Notes: generated by a model from the letters alone, not told the origin. DNA of 64,000 nucleotides from Chiloscyllium plagiosum (GCF_004010195.1 NC_057733.1:46377816-46441815); one strand, 5' to 3'; numbered from the stretch's first letter, positions 40,432 through 52,114 are shown. Program-made: numbers and translations.

Positions 40432-40695
40432 ATAGAATGCCTACAGTGTGGACCCACCCCCTCCCCTATCCCTCCATTTCTCATGGCTAATCCACCTAGT
40501 CTGCACATCCCTGGACACTCTGGGGCAATTTAGCATGCCCTATTCATCTAACCTGCACATCTTTGGACCATGTGAGAAAACCCCCACAGACACAGGGAGA
40601 ATGTGCAAACTCCACAGACACCAGAAGGTGGAATCGAACCCTTGACCCTGGCACCACGAGGCAGTAGTGTTAATCGCTGAGTCACAGTACCACCC
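40432..40695 (-). mobile_element. HE1-type V-SINE
   Basis: tRNA-like head and V-domain. Confidence 0.8.
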
Positions 40696-41416
40696 AGATA
40701 CAGAACACAGAAGAGTGGGGAAATTATGCTGGAATCATGTAAATTATTTGCCAGGCCATTACTTGAGCACTGTGTGTAGCTCATTGCAGAAAAGATCTAG
40801 AAAGGTTACAGAGGAGATTTACCAGGATGGTACCAGAACTAACAAAATTAGGAAATATTGGATAGTCTTAATTTGTTGTCCTTGGAAGAGAGAAGGCTGA
40901 GCTGTGGATTTGATGAAGGCAAGAGGGGCCTTGACAGAATGAATGGGAAGAAGCTACTGACCTCAGCAGAGGGGTCAGAATCGGGGACAGAATCAACTCT
41001 CCAATGAGAGAACAGTCCCATGGATTACAGCGACTTTACTTTAGATTTTAAAAACGGTGATTGGCAGAAACATTATAAGAGAGAGGTTGGTAGGGGTCTG
41101 GAACATATTGCCTGAAAAAGGGGAGACAGAAACCCTCAACTCATTTAAAGAGGAGTCTGGTTATACGTCTGAAGTGGCGTAACTTGTAGGGCAATTGAGT
41201 AAATGTTGGAAAGTGGAGAAGGTTGGCTGGCTCATTTTCCAGCTGGTATTGACCAGGTGAGCTCAGGCCTCTTTGTTCTTTCTGTGATTACTTGCTGTCA
41301 TGTTTCTTCAGTGCCCTCACTCTGGTCTCGAGAGTCATTCCAACTCCAGTCTGTCGCTCTGGCAGAAGCAGAGCCTCAAACATCTCAACATCTTATTTTC
41401 TACAGCCTTATCATTA

Positions 41417-41525
41417 GGGCGGCACGGTGGCTCAGTGATTAGCACTGCTGCCTCAGCGGAGAGTCAGTGTGGACTAGTTGGGCCAAAGGGCCTGTTTCCA
41501 CTCTGTAGGGAATCTAATCTAATCT
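41417..41525 (+). mobile_element. Internally deleted HE1 SINE (head fused to tail)
   Basis: gggcggcacggtggctcagt head joined directly to the gggcctgtttccactctgtagggaatctaatct tail. Confidence 0.75.
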
Positions 41526-42526
41526 CTAAAACCACAGAAAATATTTTTCAGTGCACAAAATTACTCAGCAAGAAAATTACTTGAATTTCAGTCATTGGTG
41601 TCACACTGATTTCCCAACAGCTACACCCCACTGAACAATAACTGCGGATTAACCTGTGGCAACAATGTTTGGTCTTTTAAAAAAAAGATTGTGTGACAAG
41701 CCTTATTCTCAAACAAGCTTTCAGCCACCACTCTAAACAATCACACATCATAGCTCCTGAACGACATCATCTTACATGAGAATAACATCTATAATGCAGG
41801 AAAACCCATCAAAAGCACTGCCCAAGTCATGGCAGAAATAATATCAAACCAGAGAGGGGAGAGGCTAAGAGAGATTATTAAACTTTCAGTCAGGGGATGG
41901 GTCTGGAGGATATGTTTGAAAATATCAGAAGGAAGTTGTGAACAGCAGGACGGAGACTGTCATTGCTGGTGGTTATCTGGCTGGAGAAGGCACATGATGT
42001 TAGGCTACTGGAGAGCTCCAAGGACACATCCCCGGGATGAGATCACAGACACAATATGGAAAGGAGGTATTTATGGACCAGAATCAATTCCTCGGTAAAT
42101 CGCAGGTCTGAGGATGTCAGCAAGGACAACAGTTGATGGGTGGGGGAATGAATCACTTGAAGTAGAGTTTGGGGCAAGCTCAAGCTTACAGAAGGGAGAG
42201 AGATTGGCAGCAGCAGTTCACACACTGACTTAGCCATGTCTGAAATGAACTGAGTGAATCAATACTCAGCTTTTGAGTGAAAGAGCACAGCCAGAGACAG
42301 AACCTGCTGCAGAGGTGAAATATAAGAACCAAAGTCTCTATCACCTAATAAGGTCAGGATTGGTCATGAGCGGGAGTGGGGGTGGGGAGTGGGGGTGGGG
42401 AGTGATATTAACAAAAGTGCACTTTTACACTGGGAATTGGAAAGGGAGGTTGAGGAGTTAAAGCTCAGAGCTGGGCACGATATTAAAGTCACAGATGATT
42501 TAGTAGGCAGGGCAGACAAAGAAAAG

Positions 42527-42730
42527 CTGAAAATGTGTTGCTGGAAAAGCACTGCAGGTCAGGCAGCATCCAGGGAACAGGAGAATTGACGTTTCGGGCA
42601 TAAGCCCTTCTTCAGGGCTTATGCCCGAAACGTCGATTCTCCTGTTCCCTGGATGCTGCCTGACCTGCTGCGCTTTTCCAGCAACACATTTTCAGCTCTG
42701 ATCTCCAGCATCTGCAGTCCTCACTTTCTC
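42527..42730. mobile_element. Young fold-back PLE terminal-repeat element in a PYCR1 intron
   Basis: 84-bp inverted arms (42525-42608 / 42614-42697); perfect 14-bp TSD cagacaaagaaaag at 42513-42526 and 42731-42744. Confidence 0.85.
42588..42615 (-). ncRNA. Hammerhead core in a PYCR1 intron, sense orientation
   Basis: Reverse complement CTGAAGA-aGGGC-ttat-GCCC-GAAA-cg-TC. Confidence 0.65.
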
Positions 42731-43249
42731 CAGACAAAGAAAAGGTCAAAGAGAGAGAAGAAAGCTAAGCGAAGGGGAGACAATAGGCTAGAGTTGGGGT
42801 TGACTATAATACCAGCACCCAATTTCCTCCAATTCAGAGGAAAGGTCCCTGGACCTGAAATGTTAACTCTGATTCCTCTTCATAGATGTTACCAGACTCG
42901 CTAAGCTTTTCGAGTAACTTATGTTTTGGGAACAATTTACTCAGGTTGGACTGATAGAAGCGGTGGCTAGCCCCAAGATATGTGAGGCACAGCACACAGA
43001 CTATGATCAGTCAGGGAAACCAGCGACGACAGTGAAAGGTCAGGAAAGTAGACGTGAGGAAATGTCAGGTCCACCATGATCCACGAGGGGCCGAACGGGC
43101 TACTCCTGTTCCAATTTCTTATAATTTTATACAGGGCCAAAAGAGGAAGAGATAGAGAGCAAGATGTGTGCCCCCAAGAGAATAAACTGGCCAGTCATTG
43201 GGACACTAGTCTATAAACACACCAGCAATGTTCCCATGAAGAACCACCT

Positions 43250-43850
43250 TACAGCAGAGCGACCTGTCCCCCGGGAGAGTCTCACCTGCAGCCGTGAATC
43301 CTCGGGCTAAAGCAAAGGCCAACTGACCGGCCCCAATGAACCCAACACTCATCTCTTTATCCCTCTTTGTGATGGCAGTCCGGAAGCCGATGGATGTCCC
43401 CCAACGTTACCTGGAACGCAAAACAAACCCGCAATCAGTCACCGTTCCCGGAGAGGGTTTAAGTCAATTACCTGGATGATATAGCACCTTCAGCAAGCTA
43501 ACGCCCAGCGATATATCCGTCCGTCCTGATCCTGAGGAAGCTCACTCCGGCAACGTGGCTCGGAAATGTATCAAACCAACCAAGCCTGTGTATCCCTCCA
43601 GAGTGACAGCCGTATCCACCAATCCGTTTGAGTGTTATAGCCAGGACCCGCCCCCTCTGCCGGTCAGAAACCAACAGGGAGAGAGAAGGGCGGGCTCCTG
43701 AAATAAAGTTAGATTGAATACTCGCAACGTGAGCACACCATTGCATCATTTCATAAGCGCTTTACTCCGTCTCTCTGTCTGTGGTAAGGTGTCTTTCGTA
43801 ATGGCGTGAAAAGGCCCCAAAAGCGCTACTCTTCCAACAAGGCAATAGCT
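43250..43850 (-). promoter_or_regulatory. PYCR1 CpG-rich promoter and 5' UTR with GC boxes, CCAAT and a C/EBP-ATF (ATF4) element
   Basis: CpG enrichment; GC boxes near 43647 and 43688; CCAAT near 43619; ATTGCATCA at 43740-43748; candidate donor CCAG|gtaatt at 43472. Confidence 0.65.
43286..43352 (-). CDS. PYCR1: PYCR1 coding exon 1 (67 nt, start codon)
   Basis: ATGAGTGTTGGGTTCATTGGGGCCGGTCAG = MSVGFIGAGQLAFALARGFTAA(G), Rossmann GxGxxA motif; donor CAG|gtgaga. Confidence 0.97.
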
Positions 43851-43899
43851 GGGAATGGCTTGTCTTTTACTATCGAGAGATTTGAGCCTAAAATCCAGG

Positions 43900-44330
43900 C
43901 AGTCATAGGGGTGTACAGCACGGAAACAGACCCTTCAGTCCAACCCGTCCACGCCGACCAGATATCCGAAACTAATCTAGTCCCACTTGCCACTACCAGG
44001 CCCATATACCTCCAAACCCTTCCTATTCACATACCCAACCAAATGCCTTTTAAATGTTGTAATTGTATCAGCCTCCACCACTTACTCTGGGAGCTCATTC
44101 CACACAGGCACCACTCTTTGCATGAAAAATTTGCCCCTTATTTCCCTTTTAAATTTTTCCCCTCTCACCTTAAACCTATGCCCTCTAGTTCTGGACTCCC
44201 TGACCCCAGGGAAAAGATTTTGTCTATTTATCCTATCCATGCCCTTCATGATTGTGTGAACTTCTATATGGTCACCCCTCGGCCTCCGACGCTCCAAGGA
44301 AAGTAGCCCCAGACTAATCAGCCTCATCCC
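43900..44330 (-). mobile_element. CR1 3' fragment upstream of the PYCR1 promoter
   Basis: TRGHRFKVRGEKFK..FFMQRVVPVWNELP. Confidence 0.85.
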
Positions 44331-44638
44331 TATATTCAGTACTCAGAGGGCGCTGCACTGTCGGAGGCATTGCCTTTCAGATGAGATGCTTGTTATTTTT
44401 ATTCATTGACAAGAATGAGGATGTCACTGGCTAGGCCAGTATTTGTTACCCATCTGCTCCAGAGGGTAGTTAAGGGTCAAACACATTGCTGTGGGTCTGG
44501 AGTCACATGTAGTCCAGACCAGGTAAAGATGGCAGTTTCCTTTCCTGAGGAACTAAAATGACTTGACAGAGGCTGGCATCACCAAGTCATCTTTTATTTA
44601 CATGTGGAGAGTCCTCAACACTGATCCATCTCTGTGTG

Positions 44639-46764
44639 GACACTTCTGTTTTTTTTTGGTCAATCAAGTCTATTCTTTATTAATGCATTTCAAGTACTTC
44701 AAATAAAAACTTACATTATCTTTGCACAATACTTCTTGCAACTTTTAGTAAAATGTTCCCAGTGAACAAAATTTACTGTATAAGACAGTGGGCATTAAAA
44801 TATGACAGTAGTATTGTTTTGTCTTCTTTTGGAAAAGGATATGGAAGATATACACTGTAGGGAAATAGATGGTGACATCTTGCAAAATGTCCAGATTACA
44901 GAGGAGGAAGTGCTGGATGTCTTGAAATGGTTAAAAGTGGATAAATCCCTAGGATCTGATCAGGTGTACCCAAGAACTCTGTGAGAAGCTAGAGAAGTGA
45001 TAGCTGGGCCTTTTGCTGAGATATTTGTATCATCGCTAGTCACAGTTGAGTTGCCGGAAGACTGGAGGTTGGCTAACGTGGTGCCACTGTTTAAGAAGGG
45101 CAGTAAAGACAAGCCAGGGAACTATAGACTGATGAGCTTGACCTCGGTGGTGGGCAAGTTGTTGGAGGGAATCCTGAGTGACAGGATGTACATGCATTTG
45201 GAAAGGCAAGGACTGATTCGGGATAGTCAACATGGCTTTATGCATGGGAAATCATGTCTCACAAACTTGATTGAGTTTTTTGAAGAAGTAACAAAGAAGA
45301 TTGATGAGGGCAGAGCAGTAGATGTGATCTATATGGACTTCAGTAAGGCGTTCGATAAGGTTCCCCATGGGAGCCTGATTAGCAAGGTTAGATTTCATGG
45401 AATACAGGGAAAACTAGCCATTTGGATACAGAGCTGGCTCAAAGGTAGAAGACAGAGGGTGGTGGTGGAGGGTTGTNNNNNNNNNNNNNNNNNNNNNNNN
45501 NNNNNNNNNNNNNNNNNNNNNNNNNNNNNNNNNNNNNNNNNNNNNNNNNNNNNNNNNNNNNNNNNNNNNNNNNNNNNNNNNNNNNNNNNNNNNNNNNNNN
45601 NNNNNNNNNNNNNNNNNNNNNNNNNNNNNNNNNNNNNNNNNNNNNNNNNNNNNNNNNNNNNNNNNNNNNNNNNNNNNNNNNNNNNNNNNNNNNNNNNNNN
45701 NNNNNNNNNNNNNNNNNNNNNNNNNNNNNNNNNNNNNNNNNNNNNNNNNNNNNNNNNNNNNNNNNNNNNNNNNNNNNNNNNNNNNNNNNNNNNNNNNNNN
45801 NNNNNNNNNNNNNNNNNNNNNNNNNNNNNNNNNNNNNNNNNNNNNNNNNNNNNNNNNNNNNNNNNNNNNNNNNNNNNNNNNNNNNNNNNNNNNNNNNNNN
45901 NNNNNNNNNNNNNNNNNNTATAGAGGTTTATAAAATTATGAGGGGCATGGATAGGATAAATAGACAAAGTCTTTTCCCTGGGGTGTGGGAGTCCAGAACT
46001 AGAGGGCATAGGTTTAGGGTGAGAGGGGAAATATATAAAAGAGACCTAAGCGGCAACTTTTTCACGCAGAGGGTGGTATGTGTATGGAATGAGCTGCCAG
46101 AGGATGTGGTGGAGGCTGATACAATTGCAACATTTAAGAGGCATTTGGATGGGTATATGCATAGGAAGAGTTTGGAGGGATATGGGCCGGGTGCTGGCAG
46201 GTGGGACTAGATTGGGTTGGGATATCTGGTCGGCATGGATGGGTTGGACCGAAGGATCAGTTTCCGTGCTGTACATCCCTATGACTCTAGAGGATTTTTC
46301 ATATCTATCAGAACTAATCTTGAAATGTATGGTTCAGCGCATATCTACTGAAGGAGGATTAATGACTGAAATAAAAAGAACTCGGCAGTCGAGTCCTGCC
46401 CATGTCCTGCCACAGGATAATACAAGCAAAATGTTACCATATGAAATGTTTAATACTATAGATTGTTCTTAAATGCACTTTATCAAAAGTACCGTCATTG
46501 TTTGATACAGACACTCCTGTTTATTTATTTATTTATTTTCAGGATGCCTGACACTCCTTTTTTTTTTGTTTACCCCCACACTACTGCCTAACTGCGGTAG
46601 TGCTTATTTTGACACTCCTATTTATTTATTTTTTTTTAAGCAGTGCACTTCACAAAAGGGCAGTGCTGTGTGATCAACTCCTGTTTATTTTTTTCGGTTT
46701 TTTTCTTATTTAATCCCCACACTACTGCCTAACTGCGGTAGTACTTATTTTGACACTCCTGTTT
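44639..46764. repeat. Array of six GACACTCCTGTTT target duplications separated by five oligo(A)-tailed retro-inserts
   Basis: Copies start at 44639, 46510, 46550, 46611, 46677 (partial) and 46752; the first five are followed by a T-rich tract and an insert. Confidence 0.8.
44830..46289 (+). mobile_element. Young CR1/HER1 LINE 3' portion (RT), containing assembly gap 45477-45918
   Basis: ORF 44997: PEDWRLANVVPLFKKG..PGNYR..SLTSVVGKLLE..QHGF..SCLTNL..YMDFSKAFDKVPH; 3' tail ctatgactcta. Confidence 0.92.
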
Positions 46765-47267
46765 ATATCTGTCAGCCAGTGCTCCCTGATTGGATCAGAT
46801 TAACAGCCTCAGTCAGGGAACTCATATTCCACAATAATTACAGGACATCAGTGAACCGGGTGGGTTTTTCCCAACAATCAACAGTGGATTTGTAGTCATT
46901 GTTAGCTTCTTAACTTCAGATTTTTGTCAAATTCAAATTCCACCAGTTGCCAACCTGATTTACTGGTATATTACCTGGGTCTCTGGAGTAGTAACAATCC
47001 AGTACTAATACCACTAGGCCATCAACTCCCCATGCATTGAAAGGTGGGCTCAAAATATCCCAAAGCAGCAACTCCATTGTCAGATCAACCTCTTGAAAAA
47101 TTAGAAACTTTGGCATAAAAGTCATAGAGTCATAGAGATGTACAGCACAGACACAGACTCTTTGGTCCAACTATCCCAACTTAATCTAGTCCCATTTGCC
47201 AGCACTTGGCCCATATCCCTCTAAACCCTTCCTATTCATATACCATTCCAGATGCCTTTTAAATGTT

Positions 47268-47642
47268 GTAGTAGAAATTGAGGACTGCAGATGCTGGAGA
47301 TCAGAGTCGAGAGTGTGGTGCTGGAAAAGGACAGCCAGTCAGGCAGCATCTGAGGAGCAGGAGAATTGATGTTTCGGGCATAAGCCCTTCATCAGGAATG
47401 AGGCTTGTGGGCCAGAAGGCTGACAGATAAATGGAAGGGGGTGGGGTTGGCGGGGTAAAGCCTTTTCCAAGGAAGCCTACCTTGATGAAGTTCTCCTCCT
47501 CTGTCAGCTACGTTCCCCCTCCTATTTATCTCTCAACCCACAAGTCTCATTCCTGATGAAGGTCTTATGCTCAAAACGTCGATTCTCCTGCTCTTCGGAT
47601 GCTGCCTGACCTGCTGTGCTTTTCCAGCACCACATTCTCAAC
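47268..47642. mobile_element. Fold-back PLE terminal-repeat element nested in a CR1 3' UTR
   Basis: Inverted termini; TSD gccttttaaatgtt at 47254-47267 and 47643-47656; hammerhead core on minus at 47368-47395. Confidence 0.8.
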
Positions 47643-49846
47643 GCCTTTTAAATGTTATTATTGTACCAGCCTCCACCACTTCCTCTGGCAGCTCATTCCA
47701 TACACGTACCACCCTCTGCGTGAAAATGTTGCCCCTCAGGTCTCTTTTGTATCTTACCCCTCTCACCCTAAACTTATGCCCACTAGTTCTGGACTCCCTC
47801 ACCCCAGGGAAAAGACTTTGCCCCTCATGATTTATAAACCTCTAGGAGGTCCCCTCCAGCCTTCGATGCTCCAGGGAAAACAGCTCCAGCCTATTCAGCC
47901 TCCCCCTATCGCTCAAATCATCCAACCCTGGCAGCATCCTTGTAAATCTTTTCTGAACCCTTTCAAGTTTCACAACATCTTTCCGATAGAAAGGAGACCA
48001 GAATTGCATGCAATATTCCAACATGGCCTAACCAACATCCTGTACAGCTGCAACATGACCTCCCAACTCAATACTCAATACTCTGAACATTAAAGGAAAG
48101 CATACCAAACACCTTCTTCACTATTTTACCTAACTGCGACTCTAATTTTAAGGAGCTTTGAACCTGCAATCCAATGTCTCTTTGTTCAGCAACACTCTCT
48201 AGGACCTTACCATTAAGTGTATAAGTCCTGCTCTGATTTGCTTTCCAGGACTTATACACTTAATGGTAAGGTCCTATGGAGTGTTGCTGAACAAAGAGAC
48301 CTTGGTGTGCAGTTCATAGCTCCTTGAAAGTGGAGTCGCCACTCCTCAGCCCATTGGCCCATCTGATCCAGATCCCGTTATGTTCTGAGGTAACCTTCTT
48401 CACTGTCCACGACACTTTCAATTTTGGCATCTTTGCAAACTTACTCACTATACCTCCTATGTTCATAACCAAATCATTTATATAAATGACAAAAAGTAGT
48501 GGACCCATCACTGATCCTTGTGGTACTCCACTGGTCACAGGCCTCCAGTCTGAAGAACAAACCTCCACCACCACCCTCTGTCTTTTCTACCTTCGAGCCA
48601 GTTCTGTATCCAAATGGCTAGTTATACAGTCATAGAGTCATAGAGATGTACAGCATGGAAACAGACCCTTCAGTCCAACCATGCTGACTAGATATCCCAA
48701 CCCATTCCAGTCCCATTTGCCAGCACCTGACCCATATCCCTACAAACCCTTCCTACTCATATACCCATCCAAATGCCTCTAAAATGTTGCAATTGTACCA
48801 GCCTCCACCACATCCTCTGGCAGCTCATTCCATACACATACCACCCTCTGCATGAAAACGTTGCCTCTTAGGTCTCTTTTATATCTTTCCCCTCTTGCCC
48901 TAAACCTATGCCCTCTAGTTCTGGACTCCCACACCCCATGGAAAAGACTTTGTCTATTTACCCTATCCATGCCCCTCATAATTTTATAAACCTCTATAAG
49001 GTCACCCCTCAGCCTCCGACGCTCCAGGGCAAACAGCCCTAACCTCTCCCTTAGCTCAAATCCTCCAACCCTGGCAACATCCTTGTAAATCTTTTCTGAA
49101 CCCTTTCAAGTTTCACAATATCCTTCTGATAGGAAGGAGACCAGAATTGCATGCAATATTGCAAAAATGGCTTAACCAATGTCCTGTACAGTCACAACGT
49201 GACCTCCCAACTCCTGTACTCAATAAAGGAAAGCATACCAAACCCCTTCTTCACTATCCTATCCACCGGCGACTCCACTTTCAAGGAGCTATGAACTGCA
49301 CACCAAGGTCTCTTTGTTCAGCAACACTCCATAGGACCTTACCATTAAGTGTATAAGTCCTGCTAAGATTTGCTTTCCCAAAATGCAGCACCTCGCATTT
49401 ATCTGAATTAAACTCCATCTGCCAATTCTCAGCCCATTGGCCCATCTGATCAAGATCCTGTTGTAATCTGAGGTAACCTTCTTCGCTGTTTACTGCACCT
49501 CCAATTTTGGTGTCATCTGCAAACTTATTAATGATACCTCTTATGCTTGCATCCAAATCATTTATATAAATGACAAAAAGTAGAGGACCCAGCACCAATG
49601 CTTGTGGCACTCCACTGGTCACAGGCCTCCAGTCTGAAAAACAACCCTCCACCACCACCCTCTGTCCGCTACCTTTGAGCCAGTTCTGTATCCAAATGGT
49701 TAGTTCTCCCTGTATTCCGTGAGATCTCTTTGGAGGGTCGGTGTGGTCTTGGACTGAAGGGTCTGTTTCCACACTGTAGGGAATCTAATCTAATCTAATC
49801 TAACCTAACCTTGCTAACCAGTCTCATTTGGGGAACCTTATTGAGT

Positions 49847-50131
49847 TGAAAATGTGTTACTGGAAAAGCGCAGCAGGTCAGGCAGCATCCAGGGAACAGG
49901 AGAATCGATGTTTCGGGCATAAGCCCTTCTTCAGGAATGAGGAAAGTGTGTCCAGCAGGCTAAGATAAAAGGTAGGGAGGAGGGACTTGGGGAAGGGGCG
50001 TCGGACATGCGATAGGTGGAAAGAGGTCAAGGTGAGGGTGATAGGTCAGAATGGGGTGGGGGCGGAGATGTCAGGAAGAAGATTGCAGGTTAGGAAGGCG
50101 GTGCTGAGTTCGATGGATTTGACTGAGACAA
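49847..50131 (-). mobile_element. PLE 3' fragment nested in CR1
   Basis: Perfect 14-bp TSD gaaccttattgagt at 49833-49846 and 50132-50145; hammerhead core on minus at 49907-49934. Confidence 0.8.
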
Positions 50132-51812
50132 GAACCTTATTGAGTGCCTTACTGAAGTCCATATAGATCACATCTAATGCTCTGCCCTCATCAATCCTCT
50201 TTGTTACTTCTTCAAGAAACTCAATCAAGTTTGTGAGACATGATTTCCCACGCACAAAGCCATGTTTACTATCCCTAATCAATCCTTGCCTTTCCAAATA
50301 CATGTACATCCTGTCCCTCAGGATTCCCTCCAACAACTTGCCCACCACCGACGTCAGGCTCGCTGGTGTACACTTCCCTGGCTTGTCCTTCCCACCCTTC
50401 TTAAACAGTGGCACCACATGTATTCCGTGAGATCTAACTTTGATAACTAGTCTACCTTGAGGAACCTTGTTGAATGCCTTACTGAAGTCCATATAGATCA
50501 CATCCACTGCTCTGCCTTCATCTTTGTTACTTTTTCAAAAAACTCAATCAAGTTCATGAGACATGATTTCCCACGGACAAGTCATGAGTATTTTTGTTTA
50601 AAATCTAATTAATATAGATTGAAAATCACTTATAAACCTCCTTCATATGAACAAGGAGCAGGGGTAGGAAATTTAGCCCCCCTGAGCCAACTCCATTTAA
50701 TCCAAACATAGCTGTTCTCAGAGTGCTGGAGAGACACTCCAGATCTGGCAGCATTCCTGAAGAGAAAAACAGTAAGCACTTTGAGTCAGTTCACTGGATG
50801 GCCAGTGTGAAGCAGACTAACATCCCAGAGGAATAGGAGCTACATCCTTTTGGTGGACAAATTTCTATAAGATAATAAGACCAAAACAGACCATTCAGCC
50901 AGTGAGTCTGCTCTGCCTTCGATGAGATCATGCCTGATCTGATAATCCACAATTCCACTTTCCTGCCTTTCTCCGTAATCCTTGATTCCCTTAATTATTA
51001 AAAATCTGTCTCTGTCAGCCTTAAACGTTCTTAATGACTCGGCCTCCACAGCCCTCTACAGTAACGAATTCTACAGATTCATGAGAAGACATTCCTCATC
51101 GCCTTTGTTTGAAGTGTGTGACCCCTTAATCTGAGATAATGTCCTCAACTCGGCTACAAGGGGAAACAACCTTTCCACATCTACACTGTCAAGTCCCCAA
51201 AGAATCTTGTCTGTTTCAATAAGGTTGCACACCAACGCTTCTACTTTCCAGAGGACTAAGGAAATTCGGCATAGCCACTATAGCTCTTATCAATTTTTAT
51301 AGATGCACCATAGAAAGCATACCATCAGGATGCATTATAGCTTTGTATATAAGAGATCCAAAATAGTTCACAATAATCCAGCTGTGGTTTGACTAGTGCT
51401 TTGTAACATTTTAGCAAAACTTCCCTACTTTTATTCTCGATCACTATTGAAATAAAGGCCAATGTTCGATTTGCCTTCCCTACTAACTGCTGAATTTGGA
51501 TGCTAGCTTTTTGTGAGTTATGAGGAATCTTAAATCTTTCTGTTCTGTGGATTTCTGCAGTCTTTCCCTCTTTATATAATGTTCATTTCCTTTATTCTTC
51601 CTATCAAAATGCATAATCCAACATTTTATTCTGGTGATTGTGGTGCTGTAACTTTGAGCAGAGAACTCAAGAAGAAGGATTAACTTTAAACTGTTAAACT
51701 TTTGATTCTGAAGAAGACTTATACCAGACTTGAAACATTAACTCTGCTCCTACCTCCACAGATGCTGCCAGACCTGCTCAGTTTCTCCTGCATTTTGTGT
51801 TTGCTTATTGTT

Positions 51813-52114
51813 TTAGATTAGAGATTAGATTACTTACAGTGTGGAAACAGGCCCCTCGGCCCAACAAGTCCACACCGACCCTCCGAAGAGCAACCCACCC
51901 AGACCCATTCCCCTTTACCTAACACTATGGGCAATTTAGCATGGCCAATTCACCTAAGCTGCTCATTTTTGGATATGGGAGGAAACCAGAGCACACCCAC
52001 GCAGACACGGGGAGAATGTACAAACTCCGCACAGACAGTTGCCTGAGGCAGGAATTGAACCTGGGTCTCCGGCGCTGTGAGACAGTGGTGCTAACCACTG
52101 TGCCACCGTGCCGC
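51813..52114 (-). mobile_element. HE1-type V-SINE
   Basis: tRNA-like head, V-domain and AATCT tail. Confidence 0.85.

Larger units (their letters stand above)
44552..46841 (-). mobile_element. LTR-like host element (CCAAT, TATA and AATAAA on minus) inserted in a SINE and containing the retro-insert array
   Basis: Halves at 44552-44650 and 46752-46841; possible 4-bp TSD agga; homologous to 11550-11935 in the opposite orientation. Confidence 0.6.
47120..50580 (-). mobile_element. Cluster of nested and tandem CR1/HER1 LINE fragments
   Basis: RT motifs [18 protein letters not shown] and YMDFSKA; repeated 3' tails gtcatagagatgtacagc. Confidence 0.9.

Noticed and set aside
45395-46210. Long ORFs through the N runs (also 61749-62388)
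   Set aside because: Artefacts of assembly gaps.
46510-46764. True CRISPR array
   Set aside because: Eukaryotic context with no cas genes; repeats are only ~13 bp and spacers are variable and oligo(A)-tailed, which is better explained as TSDs.
52050-52114. tRNA genes at SINE heads (also ~37500, 41417, 19860)
   Set aside because: A/B boxes continue into SINE bodies and do not form complete cloverleafs.
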